Shown here piece after piece: positions 44,080 to 54,044 of a DNA stretch of 64,000 nt. The DNA is from Thermoplasmata archaeon (GTDB taxonomy: Archaea > Thermoplasmatota > Thermoplasmata > Thermoplasmatales > GCA-001856825): the NCBI GenBank assembly GCA_021816725.1, contig JAKAXD010000001.1, forward strand, positions 313,257 through 377,256, given 5' to 3'. The translations under genes and the position numbers were made by a program. The notes beneath the pieces were generated by a model, which worked only from the letters and a program-made list of their open reading frames with translations, was not told where the DNA came from and searched no databases. Positions within the stretch are counted from its first letter, which is position 1. The number at the start of each line of letters is the position of its first letter.

Positions 44080-45750
44080 TCATTCCTCCTGTGTTACATA
44101 CTGTGTTCCCAAGGTTGCGATCTCTTCAATGTCTTCAGTTCTGTAACCGCTATAGAGTGACCAGAAGTAGAACACAAGAGCTACTACAGCAACTACAATG
44201 AGATCGATCGGGAACTTTAGAATGCCGATTCCACCAAAAGTTTTCCCTCCGATGTAGGACAGTATTACTAGTGCTATGATGTAAACAGGTACCCATGCCC
44301 CGGCTTTCAGGTCCTTTGCAGAGAACGAACCAGGAGCCTTAAATCCATAGACCATTACTGCCCACACAATAAGGCCTATGCCAATCGCTATAGCAAGGTA
44401 ACCCACTAGTGGCCATCCGCTCCAGTATACTATCTCTGATGCGCCTATGAATGCAATCGGGGAAAGAATCGATGCAGCTCCTAGTCTGAATGGTCTCTTG
44501 AAGTCTGCAGCATGTTTTCTGAAAGTCATCAAGGCGCTTCCACCTACAATGTATGTGAATACTGTTGCACTAGTTATGAAGCCTACCATTTTGTACCAGC
44601 TGGGGAATGGGGCAAAGAAGACAAAGCCGATTATGAGGGAGATGAGCAGTGGAAGGAATGGTATCCTGTGTTTTTCGTTGATTTTGATCATTCTCTTAGG
44701 GAAGAATCCTAACGTTCCCAGTCCATACAGGGTTCTCTGTGAAGTACCAAGATAAACGTTAAGGGTTCCAGATGGAGAAACGTACGCATCTGCGAACAGA
44801 AGGTATGTTAGCCAGACCAGTCCTGCCGAAGAGGCAAGCGTAGCGAATGGGGCAGTTACCACCCCCCCTGATAGTAAGTTCCATGAGCCTGGGCTTATTC
44901 CAATTGAAGCCCAGTTGACCTGCCCTATGAAAACAACCTGCAATAGTGTGTAAAGAACAATTCCTATGAGAACGGAACCAACTGTTGCTATTGGAATTGA
45001 TCTCTGTGGCGTCTTGGCCTCCCCTCCATAGTCAAGTGCCTGCCTGAATCCCAAGAATGAGAAGACTATTCCTGAAAGGGATACAGCCGCGAATACGTTT
45101 GCCCATCCGTATGGGACTAATCCAGTATGAAGGACAAAGTTTCCAATGTTGAAATGAACGGCAAACAACAACAGCACTGTACCTAGCGGTATTATAAGTT
45201 TCCACCATGTCATTCCCGTATTCGTCTTTCCCATTATTTTAACGCCCAGATAGTTCAGGAAGAAGAAGAATATCATCAGCAGGGCTGCTAGTATTATTCC
45301 GACTCCCGACAGTACGGCAGATGGAGTAACCAGCCCGGGTATGTAAGTACCCGCATAGGTTATAACAGCTTCTGCTTCTATAGCAGGCACTGAAACGGCA
45401 GACAGGAAGTAAGCCCACCCAAACAAGTATCCTGCAAAAGAGCCGTGTGAGTACTGCCCGTATCTCACGATTGCACCTGATCTTGGTAGCATTCCGCCTA
45501 GCTCAGCGTAAACGACCGCTATCGATAGGACAATCAGTCCCCCAATTATCCACGCGAATATAGCTCCTGGACCTGCGAGTATTGCTGCACCGGAAGCCGC
45601 AAACAGCCAGCCTGACCCTATTATTCCACCTAGACTGAGGAACAATAAATCCCAGGTCGTGAGTGCACGCCTCAGTTTTTTGTCAGATTTCACCGCAGTC
45701 TCTTCAACTGCTGCCTTGGTGACATTTCCTGACGTTTTTTCTATTGTCAA
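44080..45750 (-). CDS. APC-superfamily amino acid permease (intact paralog of 1408..2955)
   Basis: 556 aa. LRRALTTWDLLFLSLGGIIGSGWLFAASGAAILAGPGAIFAWIIGG... followed by 12 or more TM segments. Confidence 0.9.
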   Translation of the reverse strand: MTIEKTSGNVTKAAVEETAVKSDKKLRRALTTWDLLFLSLGGIIGSGWLFAASGAAILAGPGAIFAWIIGGLIVLSIAVVYAELGGMLPRSGAIVRYGQYSHGSFAGYLFGWAYFLSAVSVPAIEAEAVITYAGTYIPGLVTPSAVLSGVGIILAALLMIFFFFLNYLGVKIMGKTNTGMTWWKLIIPLGTVLLLFAVHFNIGNFVLHTGLVPYGWANVFAAVSLSGIVFSFLGFRQALDYGGEAKTPQRSIPIATVGSVLIGIVLYTLLQVVFIGQVNWASIGISPGSWNLLSGGVVTAPFATLASSAGLVWLTYLLFADAYVSPSGTLNVYLGTSQRTLYGLGTLGFFPKRMIKINEKHRIPFLPLLISLIIGFVFFAPFPSWYKMVGFITSATVFTYIVGGSALMTFRKHAADFKRPFRLGAASILSPIAFIGASEIVYWSGWPLVGYLAIAIGIGLIVWAVMVYGFKAPGSFSAKDLKAGAWVPVYIIALVILSYIGGKTFGGIGILKFPIDLIVVAVVALVFYFWSLYSGYRTEDIEEIATLGTQYVTQEE

Positions 45751-46024
45751 AGGAACACCTCAACGTTGATTATGAAACTACTATTATTTAATCATTGCCA
45801 GAATCCTGAGGTTTAGTTTAAATACTAAAGGCTTGACAGCCTTCTATAGACCAGCTAAATTGCCCTTGCCACAGGCGTCTTTATTTGAAATACCAGTTTG
45901 CAAAATGAACACTTTGATTTAGCAAAAAGAAGTAACAACCCCGCTTCTAAATTCACGAAAATTAAAGCAGTCTAGTCTGCTGAAGTATTCCTGATGGACA
46001 TTTGAAAATACTAGAGTGTAATTC

Positions 46025-46843
46025 ATGGGTATAGTGATATTTGCATTCGTTGGTAAAGGGGGCGTTGGGAAGACGACTATTGCATCAGCGGCTGCTTTGG
46101 GTCTTTCTGCAAGTGGAAGAACAGCATTGGTGTCCAGTGACTTCATGCCTTCGCTTAGATACCTGTTTCCAACAAATCCGAAAAACCTTGAAGTTATTGA
46201 GTTAGGCCAGGAAGAAGTGTCAGAAAGATGGAAGAAGACATACGGCGACGAGGTTGTTACCGTCCTTAAAAATCTTTTTGAGGTTGAGGACTGGGTTCTT
46301 GACCATATCGCAGAAAGTCCAGGTGTCGCAGAAGAATTTATGATCTCTAATATAATGGAACTTGACGTTTCTAAAGGATATGATTATGTAGTGTGGGATA
46401 CAGCTGCGTCGTCATCAACTATGCACCTTATTTTCCTTCAGAAGGAATTTTATGACCATCTGAGCAGGGATGTAAAAATCTACTTGAAACTAAGGGATAC
46501 GGTCAGGTCTGACAAAATCCTTTCCCTTCTAGAAGGCTGGAGAACACTTGCCACGAATGTCTGGAAACAGCTACTTTCTACTAGGTTCTTTCTCATAACA
46601 ACCGGCGATGAGCTAAGCATGGTTCAGGCAGACCAAATTCGTGACGATCTAAAGAAGATGGGGATTGAAGTGGTCTCCACAATATGCAACCGTGTTTCTA
46701 CAGGATGTAAGGGGAATATGAAAATCAATGTTCCGGAGACCAAGGGTTCTGCAAGAGATATAGTTTATTCGCTATCTAGATATCTCGAGGATAATGGAAT
46801 AATCGGGTATCTTCAAGATATTGCAAATGACCAAAAAGCTTAG
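46025..46843 (+). CDS. ArsA/GET3-family P-loop ATPase (short, single domain)
   Basis: 272 aa. Deviant Walker A FVGKGGVGKTTIASAAALGLS and DTAASSSTMHL (switch region). Confidence 0.75.
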   Translation: MGIVIFAFVGKGGVGKTTIASAAALGLSASGRTALVSSDFMPSLRYLFPTNPKNLEVIELGQEEVSERWKKTYGDEVVTVLKNLFEVEDWVLDHIAESPGVAEEFMISNIMELDVSKGYDYVVWDTAASSSTMHLIFLQKEFYDHLSRDVKIYLKLRDTVRSDKILSLLEGWRTLATNVWKQLLSTRFFLITTGDELSMVQADQIRDDLKKMGIEVVSTICNRVSTGCKGNMKINVPETKGSARDIVYSLSRYLEDNGIIGYLQDIANDQKA

Positions 46844-46875
46844 TAAGTAGCACTATTCCTAAATGATAACTCAAT

Positions 46876-47310
46876 ATGATAGACATCAGTGAAAAGGAAG
46901 TTGTCAAAAGGGAGGCAGTAGCAGAGGGATTTATATCCCTGAAGAAGGCAACCATCAACGCAATCCTAAACGGCAAGGTGAAAAAGGGGAATGTTGTAGA
47001 GGCTTCAAAAATTGCCGGTGTTCTCGGAGCAAAGATGACGCCTCAAATAATCCCTCATTGCCATCCTATTCCACTGGAATCAGTAGATACCCAGGTAGAA
47101 ATTAATGAGGATAGGGTGACTGTAATCTGCACTGTCAAGGCAAGGTACAAGACGGGGGTTGAAATGGAGGCTTTGACTTGTGTCAACTCTATGCTTCTGA
47201 CTATATGGGATATGGTAAAATACCTGGAAAAAGATAAAATGGGACAATACCCAAACACTCAAATTTCAGGAATAAAAGTTCAAATGAAAAAGAAATCTAA
47301 GAACTGGTGA
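46876..47310 (+). CDS. moaC: Cyclic pyranopterin monophosphate synthase accessory protein MoaC
   Basis: 144 aa. KGNVVEASKIAGVLGAKMTPQIIPHCHPIPL and TGVEMEALT. Confidence 0.93.
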   Translation: MIDISEKEVVKREAVAEGFISLKKATINAILNGKVKKGNVVEASKIAGVLGAKMTPQIIPHCHPIPLESVDTQVEINEDRVTVICTVKARYKTGVEMEALTCVNSMLLTIWDMVKYLEKDKMGQYPNTQISGIKVQMKKKSKNW

Positions 47311-47786
47311 GTATGGTACACAAAGAAGAGCAGGATAGGAAGTTCAACATCCTAATAGTCGTTGTATCAACATCCAGAACAGCGGAATCCGACACTTCTG
47401 GCGACGCTCTATTGAAAGTATTCCGTGGAAGAGGCCATTCAGTCAGGAAAGTGATTTGCAGCGATGATGAGGCACAGATTAGGGAAGCATTCGAATCTAA
47501 TCCTGGTAACGAAATTTTTATTTTCGTTGGTGGAACAGGCCCAAGCAGAAAGGACGTTACTGTCCAGAGCCTGAGGAAGATTGCAAACAAAGAGATGATC
47601 GGGTTCGGGGAAATGTTCAGGAAGGAATCAGGTCAAGTATTTGCTTATCTTTCTAACTCAACACTATTGATAAAGGATAGAATGCAGATTTACTGCATTC
47701 CAGGGTCTCCAGATGCAACCTCTACCTCATTTACATTGATCAATTCTATCATGGGACACGTATATCACGAGCTGAACAAGGAATAG
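47307..47786 (+). CDS. moaB: Molybdopterin adenylyltransferase-type protein MoaB/MogA
   Basis: 159 aa. VVVSTSRTAESDTSGDAL and IFIFVGGTGPSRKDVT. Overlaps the moaC stop by 4 nt. Confidence 0.88.
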   Translation: MSMVHKEEQDRKFNILIVVVSTSRTAESDTSGDALLKVFRGRGHSVRKVICSDDEAQIREAFESNPGNEIFIFVGGTGPSRKDVTVQSLRKIANKEMIGFGEMFRKESGQVFAYLSNSTLLIKDRMQIYCIPGSPDATSTSFTLINSIMGHVYHELNKE

Positions 47787-47803
47787 GCAAAATTATGGCT
47801 CAT

Positions 47804-49711
47804 TCATCCCTCAATGATTTCACCGATGTTTCCGGGGAATTTGTAGCCCGGGAAATCTTTACGGAAACGTGTTGACTTCCTCAAAACTTCCAAAAATCTT
47901 TTGCCAGCATAAGAATCATAGAATTCAGTCCTCATAAGTATGTCATAGTTTTCATCCCTTATCTTGTTGAAGGCTAGGTTCAATTTTTTTGCATAGAATT
48001 CTATGGAGATGCCGGCATCTGCCCTTCCCTGTTGCACCGCCTTCGCTACTGCAGCATGGCTCTTAGCTTCCCAGAAGTATCCCCTGACATTCTCTCTCTG
48101 AAATTTCTGACCTAATTCCTTATCTATCTCAGAGTCGATTAAGTCCCTCGTTCCAGATCCCTTGTTCCTGTTGACAAATATTAGGTCCTTTGCTATTATC
48201 TCCAGGAAGCTAGATGTCCCATCTCTGGATACAAATCCTTGCGTCCTTGAGAACCCTCTTACCATTATGTAATTCCTCTTCTTGTCTTCCCTGAGGAGGA
48301 AAGAATTGTATTCCCCTTTCTTTAGAAGGTGTATGCCGCTAACATCTGCTTCCCCCATCCTTATTGCTTCTACTCCACCCCACGAACCAGCATTAATCAG
48401 CACGGGGGAATTTGACGAATCAGATATTACCCTCTCTATCAGGGGGTCGTTTGAGCCAATAAATAGCAAGTCCCTTTTATTGTTGTGAAGGGGGAAGTAA
48501 AGGACTTCGTCATTCTCATCATAAAAATTCCTTTCTGACTTCAAAACTACAAACCCGTCAGCATACGCAAGCCTACTGATTGAGCCAGACTCCCCGAAAA
48601 TAGGGTATGCCCGACCACTCCTCCCTTTGATTGCAGGCAACACCAGGTCCTTGCCCCTTTCAGAATTTATCCTGAATGGTACCTTAACTGAAGACATCTC
48701 CTCATCGAGCTGCCCAAATGCAGACTGGATGGAAGGAACTACAATGTATTTCAAGACTGAGGCTGCAGAGAGAGGAAATCCTGGCATCCCTAATATGATG
48801 CCCTTCCCAAGCGATGCAAGGAAAGTTGGCTTCCCTGGCTTTATTGAAATACCATGAAACTCCATCCTTCCTCCTAGATTCCCAATAGCACGATATAACA
48901 AATCATGAAAGCCTGCAGAAGTGGAACCTGAAGAAATCAGGATGTTAAATTTGCCCAAGTTTTTCTTAATGAACATTTCCATTGATTTCTCGTCGTCTTT
49001 TAACGTTCCAAGAATTGAGCAGACTGCGAGGCCTGTTCTTTCAACGGCCGCCTTGAAGTAATAGGAGTTGCTGTCAAAAATCTGACCAACTCTGATAGGA
49101 TTTCCTGGACTTATGAGCTCGTTTCCTGTGGAAATGATCCCAACGCTCAATCTTTCCATGACTTTGATTTTCCCGATTCCAGAAGAAGCCAGGAGTGCAA
49201 CCATTTCTGGCGTTATGATCCTTCCCTTTCTGACTAAGACTTCTCCGACAAAGAAGTCAGATCCAGCATGGGCAATGTTCTCTCCTGCATTAACAGATCT
49301 GTAGATCGCTGCTGTTCCATCATCAGTGGATGTGTGTTCTACCATGACCACAGAATCCGCGCCTCTTGGGATAACTGAACCAGTGGGAATATATGCAGCT
49401 TCCCCAATCCCAATTTCAAGATTCGATTGCTTTCCTATCTCAATTTCACCCACTATTCGAAGCTTCTTAGGGGAATCCTCATCCGCTCCGACGACGGACT
49501 GGTGATTCACTGCATAACCATCCACCTCCGACCTGTCGAAAGGTGGTATGTCCTCTGTGGAAAATACGTCTTCAGCTGCTATCATCCCACTGGCATTTTG
49601 GATTTCCTCAGTTTTCTGCTTGATCACATCTCCAAATCTCTCTCTCAGTAACTGTTTGGCTTCGTCAGGGCTCACAAGTAAATGAAAAATCTTGGCTCCC
49701 ATTTCTACCAT
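47804..49711 (-). CDS. moeA: Molybdopterin molybdenum/tungsten transferase MoeA fused to a C-terminal periplasmic-binding-protein-like domain
   Basis: 635 aa. PPFDRSEVDGYAV and ISSGSTSAG in the MoeA core. The last roughly 220 aa (LLFIGSNDPLIERV...NKGSGTRDLID...) resemble an oxyanion-binding PBP fold. Confidence 0.85.
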   Translation of the reverse strand: MVEMGAKIFHLLVSPDEAKQLLRERFGDVIKQKTEEIQNASGMIAAEDVFSTEDIPPFDRSEVDGYAVNHQSVVGADEDSPKKLRIVGEIEIGKQSNLEIGIGEAAYIPTGSVIPRGADSVVMVEHTSTDDGTAAIYRSVNAGENIAHAGSDFFVGEVLVRKGRIITPEMVALLASSGIGKIKVMERLSVGIISTGNELISPGNPIRVGQIFDSNSYYFKAAVERTGLAVCSILGTLKDDEKSMEMFIKKNLGKFNILISSGSTSAGFHDLLYRAIGNLGGRMEFHGISIKPGKPTFLASLGKGIILGMPGFPLSAASVLKYIVVPSIQSAFGQLDEEMSSVKVPFRINSERGKDLVLPAIKGRSGRAYPIFGESGSISRLAYADGFVVLKSERNFYDENDEVLYFPLHNNKRDLLFIGSNDPLIERVISDSSNSPVLINAGSWGGVEAIRMGEADVSGIHLLKKGEYNSFLLREDKKRNYIMVRGFSRTQGFVSRDGTSSFLEIIAKDLIFVNRNKGSGTRDLIDSEIDKELGQKFQRENVRGYFWEAKSHAAVAKAVQQGRADAGISIEFYAKKLNLAFNKIRDENYDILMRTEFYDSYAGKRFLEVLRKSTRFRKDFPGYKFPGNIGEIIEG

Positions 49712-50898
49712 CTCAGCATTTCAACTTTTACAATCTGCCCCCGCTCCATCCCCTCGAGATTCTCATCAATGACCATGATACCATCAGCATCTATGACAGA
49801 ATAAATTACCCCGGAGCCTGTCACCCTCGAAGGTATCACTTTCATCCCCCCCTTTCCCTCCTCGATCTTGACCCTTACGAAACTCTTAAAACCAAGTGCA
49901 TTTACTACGCTCCTCTGCAACACCCCTTCCCTGACATCCCCTGCTCCAGTGAGAAGGCCGAACCAATTTTCAATGACCCTCAGAATGAGGTTCTCTGATG
50001 CTACTAGTGCTGCAACAGGCAGTCCAGAGAGCATGAAAACTGGTTTTCCTTTCATGATGGCCAATGATGTCGTTCTTCCAGGCCTAATTCTCAACCCCCT
50101 GAAGACGTACTTCCCCTGTTTCTCTACAACATATGGAAGATAATCCCTTTCTCCGGGTCCGGTTCCACCTGTTACAATTAGAATGTCTTCGGTCATCGAA
50201 TCTAACCTTTTTTCTATTTCTCCTATGTTGTCCTCGACTGCCCCATACCCCCTGGCCTGCAGTCCTTTGCTCAGGAAATAGGAAACAAGCATAGGTTGGG
50301 TAGAGTTCACTACCTCCCCCGTGACTAACTCGTCTCCTGTTGAAACGATACCTATAGACATGGAGCATACCTCAATCTCATTGATCCCACATTCATAGAG
50401 TGCGGCAACGTGAGGTGGCGTGATTCTTTCCCCACTTCTAATTATCGTGATGTTTTTCATCATGTCCTCCCCCTTCCGGCTGACGTTCTGGAAGGGCCTG
50501 ACTGGGGAGAATACTTCAAGTAGATTCCCAGACTCCTTTGTGTCTTCCATCATTACCACAGCATTTGTACCTGCAGGTAGTGGAGCACCAGTCATGACCT
50601 TGACCGCTTCCCCCTTTCCCACAGAGTATGTAACCCTTGAAGATGGGTAGAGTCCACCTTTGACCGTGAATACGGCTGGATTTGTCTTGCTCGCAGAAAT
50701 TGTTTCATTGGAATTTAAAGCAAATCCGTCCATTGCGCTCCTGTCCATCTTTGGAAAATCTTGCGGTGACTTTACTTCTCGCATTGAGTACTTCCCAACA
50801 GCTTCCATCACAGGGACTGTTTTGTGTTCCACCTTCGGAAGGTATTTCGTACCTCTTGAAATTGCATCATCGAGGGAAATAAAAGTCTTAAATTCCAT
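49705..50898 (-). CDS. moeA: Molybdopterin molybdenum/tungsten transferase MoeA (second copy)
   Basis: 397 aa. PKMDRSAMDGFAL and LIVTGGTGPGERDY. Overlaps the downstream moeA-PBP start by 7 nt. Confidence 0.9.
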   Translation of the reverse strand: MEFKTFISLDDAISRGTKYLPKVEHKTVPVMEAVGKYSMREVKSPQDFPKMDRSAMDGFALNSNETISASKTNPAVFTVKGGLYPSSRVTYSVGKGEAVKVMTGAPLPAGTNAVVMMEDTKESGNLLEVFSPVRPFQNVSRKGEDMMKNITIIRSGERITPPHVAALYECGINEIEVCSMSIGIVSTGDELVTGEVVNSTQPMLVSYFLSKGLQARGYGAVEDNIGEIEKRLDSMTEDILIVTGGTGPGERDYLPYVVEKQGKYVFRGLRIRPGRTTSLAIMKGKPVFMLSGLPVAALVASENLILRVIENWFGLLTGAGDVREGVLQRSVVNALGFKSFVRVKIEEGKGGMKVIPSRVTGSGVIYSVIDADGIMVIDENLEGMERGQIVKVEMLRW

Positions 50899-51018
50899 AT
50901 GTAAAAAATTACTACTTACCTAAAACGTTTGCTGCATGGAGGAAGCTGATTTAATTCGATGAAGCTCACATTTAATTGTAATTCTTTAGTAGTATGGACG
51001 CAATGATTTGAGAAAGCC

Positions 51019-51912
51019 CTAATAAATAAGCTCCCTTGCGAGGTCTGGCAATAATCTCAGGTATCTTCCGGTAGGGATTGCTTTTATGGACGCGAAATAA
51101 TAATTGCCGTCTATGCTGAACCTTACATATCTATTTTCGTCAGTTCCAACAATCTCGTAATCATTGCCGGATATGTCATTGAACTCAATTGACTTCTCAG
51201 TAAGAAGGTAATACCGTCCGTTCAATGATGCAAGATTCTTGTAGTCTAGCAGTGAAAGGGTTCTGTAATGTGTGATCTTCGAAACGGAATCTACTACTTC
51301 CACGACTTTCCCTTCATCAATTGAAATGAGTGACGAAAAGCCCACTTCAAGATCCTTTGCATTGTGCGTGGCGTAGACGAAGTCAAAGTCGTATTTCCTT
51401 GAAAATTCATCAATAAGACTGATCAGTCCTAGCCTGGATATCTCATCCTGAAACGAGAAAGGCTCGTCCATCAGCAATACTGAAGGCCTTGAAATTATCG
51501 CCCGAGCGATAGCCACCTTCTGGGCTTGTCCCAGCGAAATCTCATTTGTCCTCTTCGGTAGCAAGGGATCAAGACTCATTCTGTCAGTCACTTCCCTATA
51601 TACTTCAATGTCCCCATTCCCATACCTTATCGATGAGAGGAGGTTCCCTTCCACTGTCATATTACCAAAAAGGAGCAGGTCCTGGGGGATATACCCAATT
51701 TTCCTTTTCTGGGGCTCCAATGAGCTTATACTTCTCCCATTTACTTCAAATTCCCCCTTGCTCTCGATCAATCCTGCCATGGACTGAAGGAGGGTCGTCT
51801 TTCCAGCTCCGTTCTTCCCTATGATAAAATTCCTCTTCCCGTCCAATGTTATGTCTGGGATGAGTAAGGTGAAACTCCCTCTTTTAACTGAATAATCTTT
51901 CAACTTAATCAT
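51019..51912 (-). CDS. ABC transporter ATP-binding protein (molybdate/tungstate-type importer, C-terminal TOBE-like region)
   Basis: Walker A GKNGAGKTTLL, signature LSLGQAQKVAIARA, Walker B LLMDEPFS. The ATG at 51912 forms an ATGA overlap with the permease stop. The track's 67-aa N-terminal extension is Cys/Trp-rich and overlaps the permease gene. Confidence 0.88.
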   Translation of the reverse strand: MIKLKDYSVKRGSFTLLIPDITLDGKRNFIIGKNGAGKTTLLQSMAGLIESKGEFEVNGRSISSLEPQKRKIGYIPQDLLLFGNMTVEGNLLSSIRYGNGDIEVYREVTDRMSLDPLLPKRTNEISLGQAQKVAIARAIISRPSVLLMDEPFSFQDEISRLGLISLIDEFSRKYDFDFVYATHNAKDLEVGFSSLISIDEGKVVEVVDSVSKITHYRTLSLLDYKNLASLNGRYYLLTEKSIEFNDISGNDYEIVGTDENRYVRFSIDGNYYFASIKAIPTGRYLRLLPDLARELIY

Positions 51913-52700
51913 TTTTCTCTCTCCAGAATCTTTACAAGCAAGAGGGCTACCAGTCCTGTAAGGATTAGAATGGAAGATGAGGCAACAGCAGTCGGTAGGC
52001 CAACAGATAGAAATTGGTAATAAATTAAAACTCCAGCTAAATGGATGCCGCTCGGAAGGATGGAGAATGCCACAATCAAAAGACTGCCAACTTCCGAAAC
52101 AGACCTGGCCCATGAAAGAATAAGCCCGCGAAGGAGCGCCTTTGCCATGGAAGGTATACCGATCACGAAATAGCTTTTCAGTGGGGTCATTCCTAGGGTC
52201 CTTCCGATGTCTTCATATTTCATTACATCCCTTGAGTATGAAATCTGTACAGCCCTTATTGCATAGGCTGAGGATAGAAAGAAAAGTGACACTATCACAG
52301 CAAGGAACGTATCTAGGAATTGATACCCTGGGTATATTCTCGATATCAGCTTTCCTATGGGCATGTCAGGTTCAAACGTTATTAACATCATGATCCCGAC
52401 GACTGTGTGTGGGATCATTATTGGCAGCTCTACGAGGCTGTCTAGGGATTTCGTGACTACATGCTTACTCCTGGAAACAAAATATACATAAGGGATTGAG
52501 AATCCTACTGATATGACCGCGACTAGAAGTGCAAGCAGGTATGTGTATTCCAGGCTCTCAAAAATCCCATTTGAACTCGCTCTCACAATACTTTCGAAGC
52601 TTTGGAAGGTAAGAGTCCTGATTACTGGTGTAAGAATAAACAGGATGTAAACTGCGAAGAATGGGATGAAAAGATAGTAGAGAGAATTTACTCTCTTCAT
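51909..52700 (-). CDS. ABC transporter permease (ModB/CysTW-type)
   Basis: 263 aa with 6 TM. EAA-like loop YEDIGRTLGMTPLKSYFVIGIP. Confidence 0.85.
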   Translation of the reverse strand: MKRVNSLYYLFIPFFAVYILFILTPVIRTLTFQSFESIVRASSNGIFESLEYTYLLALLVAVISVGFSIPYVYFVSRSKHVVTKSLDSLVELPIMIPHTVVGIMMLITFEPDMPIGKLISRIYPGYQFLDTFLAVIVSLFFLSSAYAIRAVQISYSRDVMKYEDIGRTLGMTPLKSYFVIGIPSMAKALLRGLILSWARSVSEVGSLLIVAFSILPSGIHLAGVLIYYQFLSVGLPTAVASSSILILTGLVALLLVKILEREK

Positions 52701-53923
52701 ATCTCTTCGTAGGATGAGGTAGGAATGTAACTGGGAACAGGTTGAGTGATTTCATCCATGAGGGATGGAACGGATTGGTTTATTGAATAGAGGAGTGGGG
52801 ATGGAATTGGATTGAAGTCAGAAGAGACTAGCAGAGTTGAGCCAAGACCACTTACAAGATAGTAAATCAGCTGTTGTGCTTGGGCAGAATTTTTAGAAGA
52901 ACTGAGGATGGTTGCTGAGTAGAGTATTGGTCCTCCTGGGAAATTCCCTATATTGCTGTATCCTGGTCCCTGCGATGTTACGGCCCCGTAGAATGTTACT
53001 ACATTGCTGCTCAGGTTCCCAAGGTTTATCCAGAGTGAGAGGCCATTGGATCCCTTATCATTCTGGTAGTAGTAGAGGTGCTGATTTATGGCCTGAGACC
53101 TATAGGTGAGCGCATAGTCCACAGACTTCGAAGTGAGGTAAGCATCAAGCCCGTATTCTTCAGTAGTCGTTATTAGGTTTCCGTGTTTATAGGAATAACT
53201 GAAAAGTTGGTCATAAAGAGCCATAGGGTCGTTTTCAGGATATCCTCCCCCATACTTTTCCCTGGACAATGTTCCATTCAGCCCGAACCAGCTGTTCCAC
53301 GCAGAATTGTACATTCCATACAAAGCTGAATTGTTGCCCCACGCTTGGTGTACAAAATAGCCAACGGTATGCCCGCTGTTACCCAGAATGGTGCTGTTAT
53401 TGTACTGAGTGTAAAGTATCCCGGCAAGCTTTAGCATCTCGATAGCCTGGAAACCGCTTGGATCGAGGCTTGCATTCGAAACGCCAACCTTGATGCCGGG
53501 TGCCGTGAGATTATCGAACCAGTAAGGTGATGAGATAGCGTAGCTACTGTTCAACCAGGCAATTGCCATTTCGTTGGATGCAAAAATTACCATCCAGGAG
53601 GCTGTCTTGTTGGGGAAAAGGTACTGAGGTATCACTCCTGCTGCAGCAGAAATGAAAACATCAAAAGGTGTTCCTGCATCGATCTCGCTAGCGCCAGAAA
53701 CCGAGCCTCCGAAACTAGGTACTACTTTAATTCCAGTTGCGTTCTCGAACTTTGGAAAGAACTGATCTCCGAGGACGTAGGTCAAAGACCCTGCTGCAAA
53801 TACAGTAACAGGCTGTGTCTTTTCTTTTGAAGTGGAATAGAGAGAATGGCCAATTGTGATACCAGCCCCCATCCCTATCAAAAGAAATACAACGACGATT
53901 ACAGCAGTCGATTTATTTGACAT
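52697..53923 (-). CDS. Extracellular oxyanion (molybdate/tungstate-type) binding protein, membrane-anchored
   Basis: 408 aa. N-terminal anchor VIVVVFLLIGMGAG, then VTVFAAGSLTYVLGDQFFPKFENATGIKV, typical of ModA/WtpA-like SBPs. Many N-x-S/T sequons. 4-nt overlap with the permease. Confidence 0.75.
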   Translation of the reverse strand: MSNKSTAVIVVVFLLIGMGAGITIGHSLYSTSKEKTQPVTVFAAGSLTYVLGDQFFPKFENATGIKVVPSFGGSVSGASEIDAGTPFDVFISAAAGVIPQYLFPNKTASWMVIFASNEMAIAWLNSSYAISSPYWFDNLTAPGIKVGVSNASLDPSGFQAIEMLKLAGILYTQYNNSTILGNSGHTVGYFVHQAWGNNSALYGMYNSAWNSWFGLNGTLSREKYGGGYPENDPMALYDQLFSYSYKHGNLITTTEEYGLDAYLTSKSVDYALTYRSQAINQHLYYYQNDKGSNGLSLWINLGNLSSNVVTFYGAVTSQGPGYSNIGNFPGGPILYSATILSSSKNSAQAQQLIYYLVSGLGSTLLVSSDFNPIPSPLLYSINQSVPSLMDEITQPVPSYIPTSSYEEI

Positions 53924-54044
53924 CCAGTCAGGATTTTCTGGTGTTATTTAACATTTATAGAGTTTCTGAGGGGAAATCCATTTAACTCCGCGGGAATCCG
54001 CCGGCACAGACAAATAAATATATTCAATTATCAATCACAAAGTT

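Noticed and set aside
51913-52113. 67-aa N-terminal extension of the ABC ATPase in the ORF track
   Set aside because: The extension is Cys/Trp-rich and lies entirely inside the upstream permease gene. The conserved ATPase begins at MIKLKDY, whose ATG makes a classic ATGA overlap with the permease stop.
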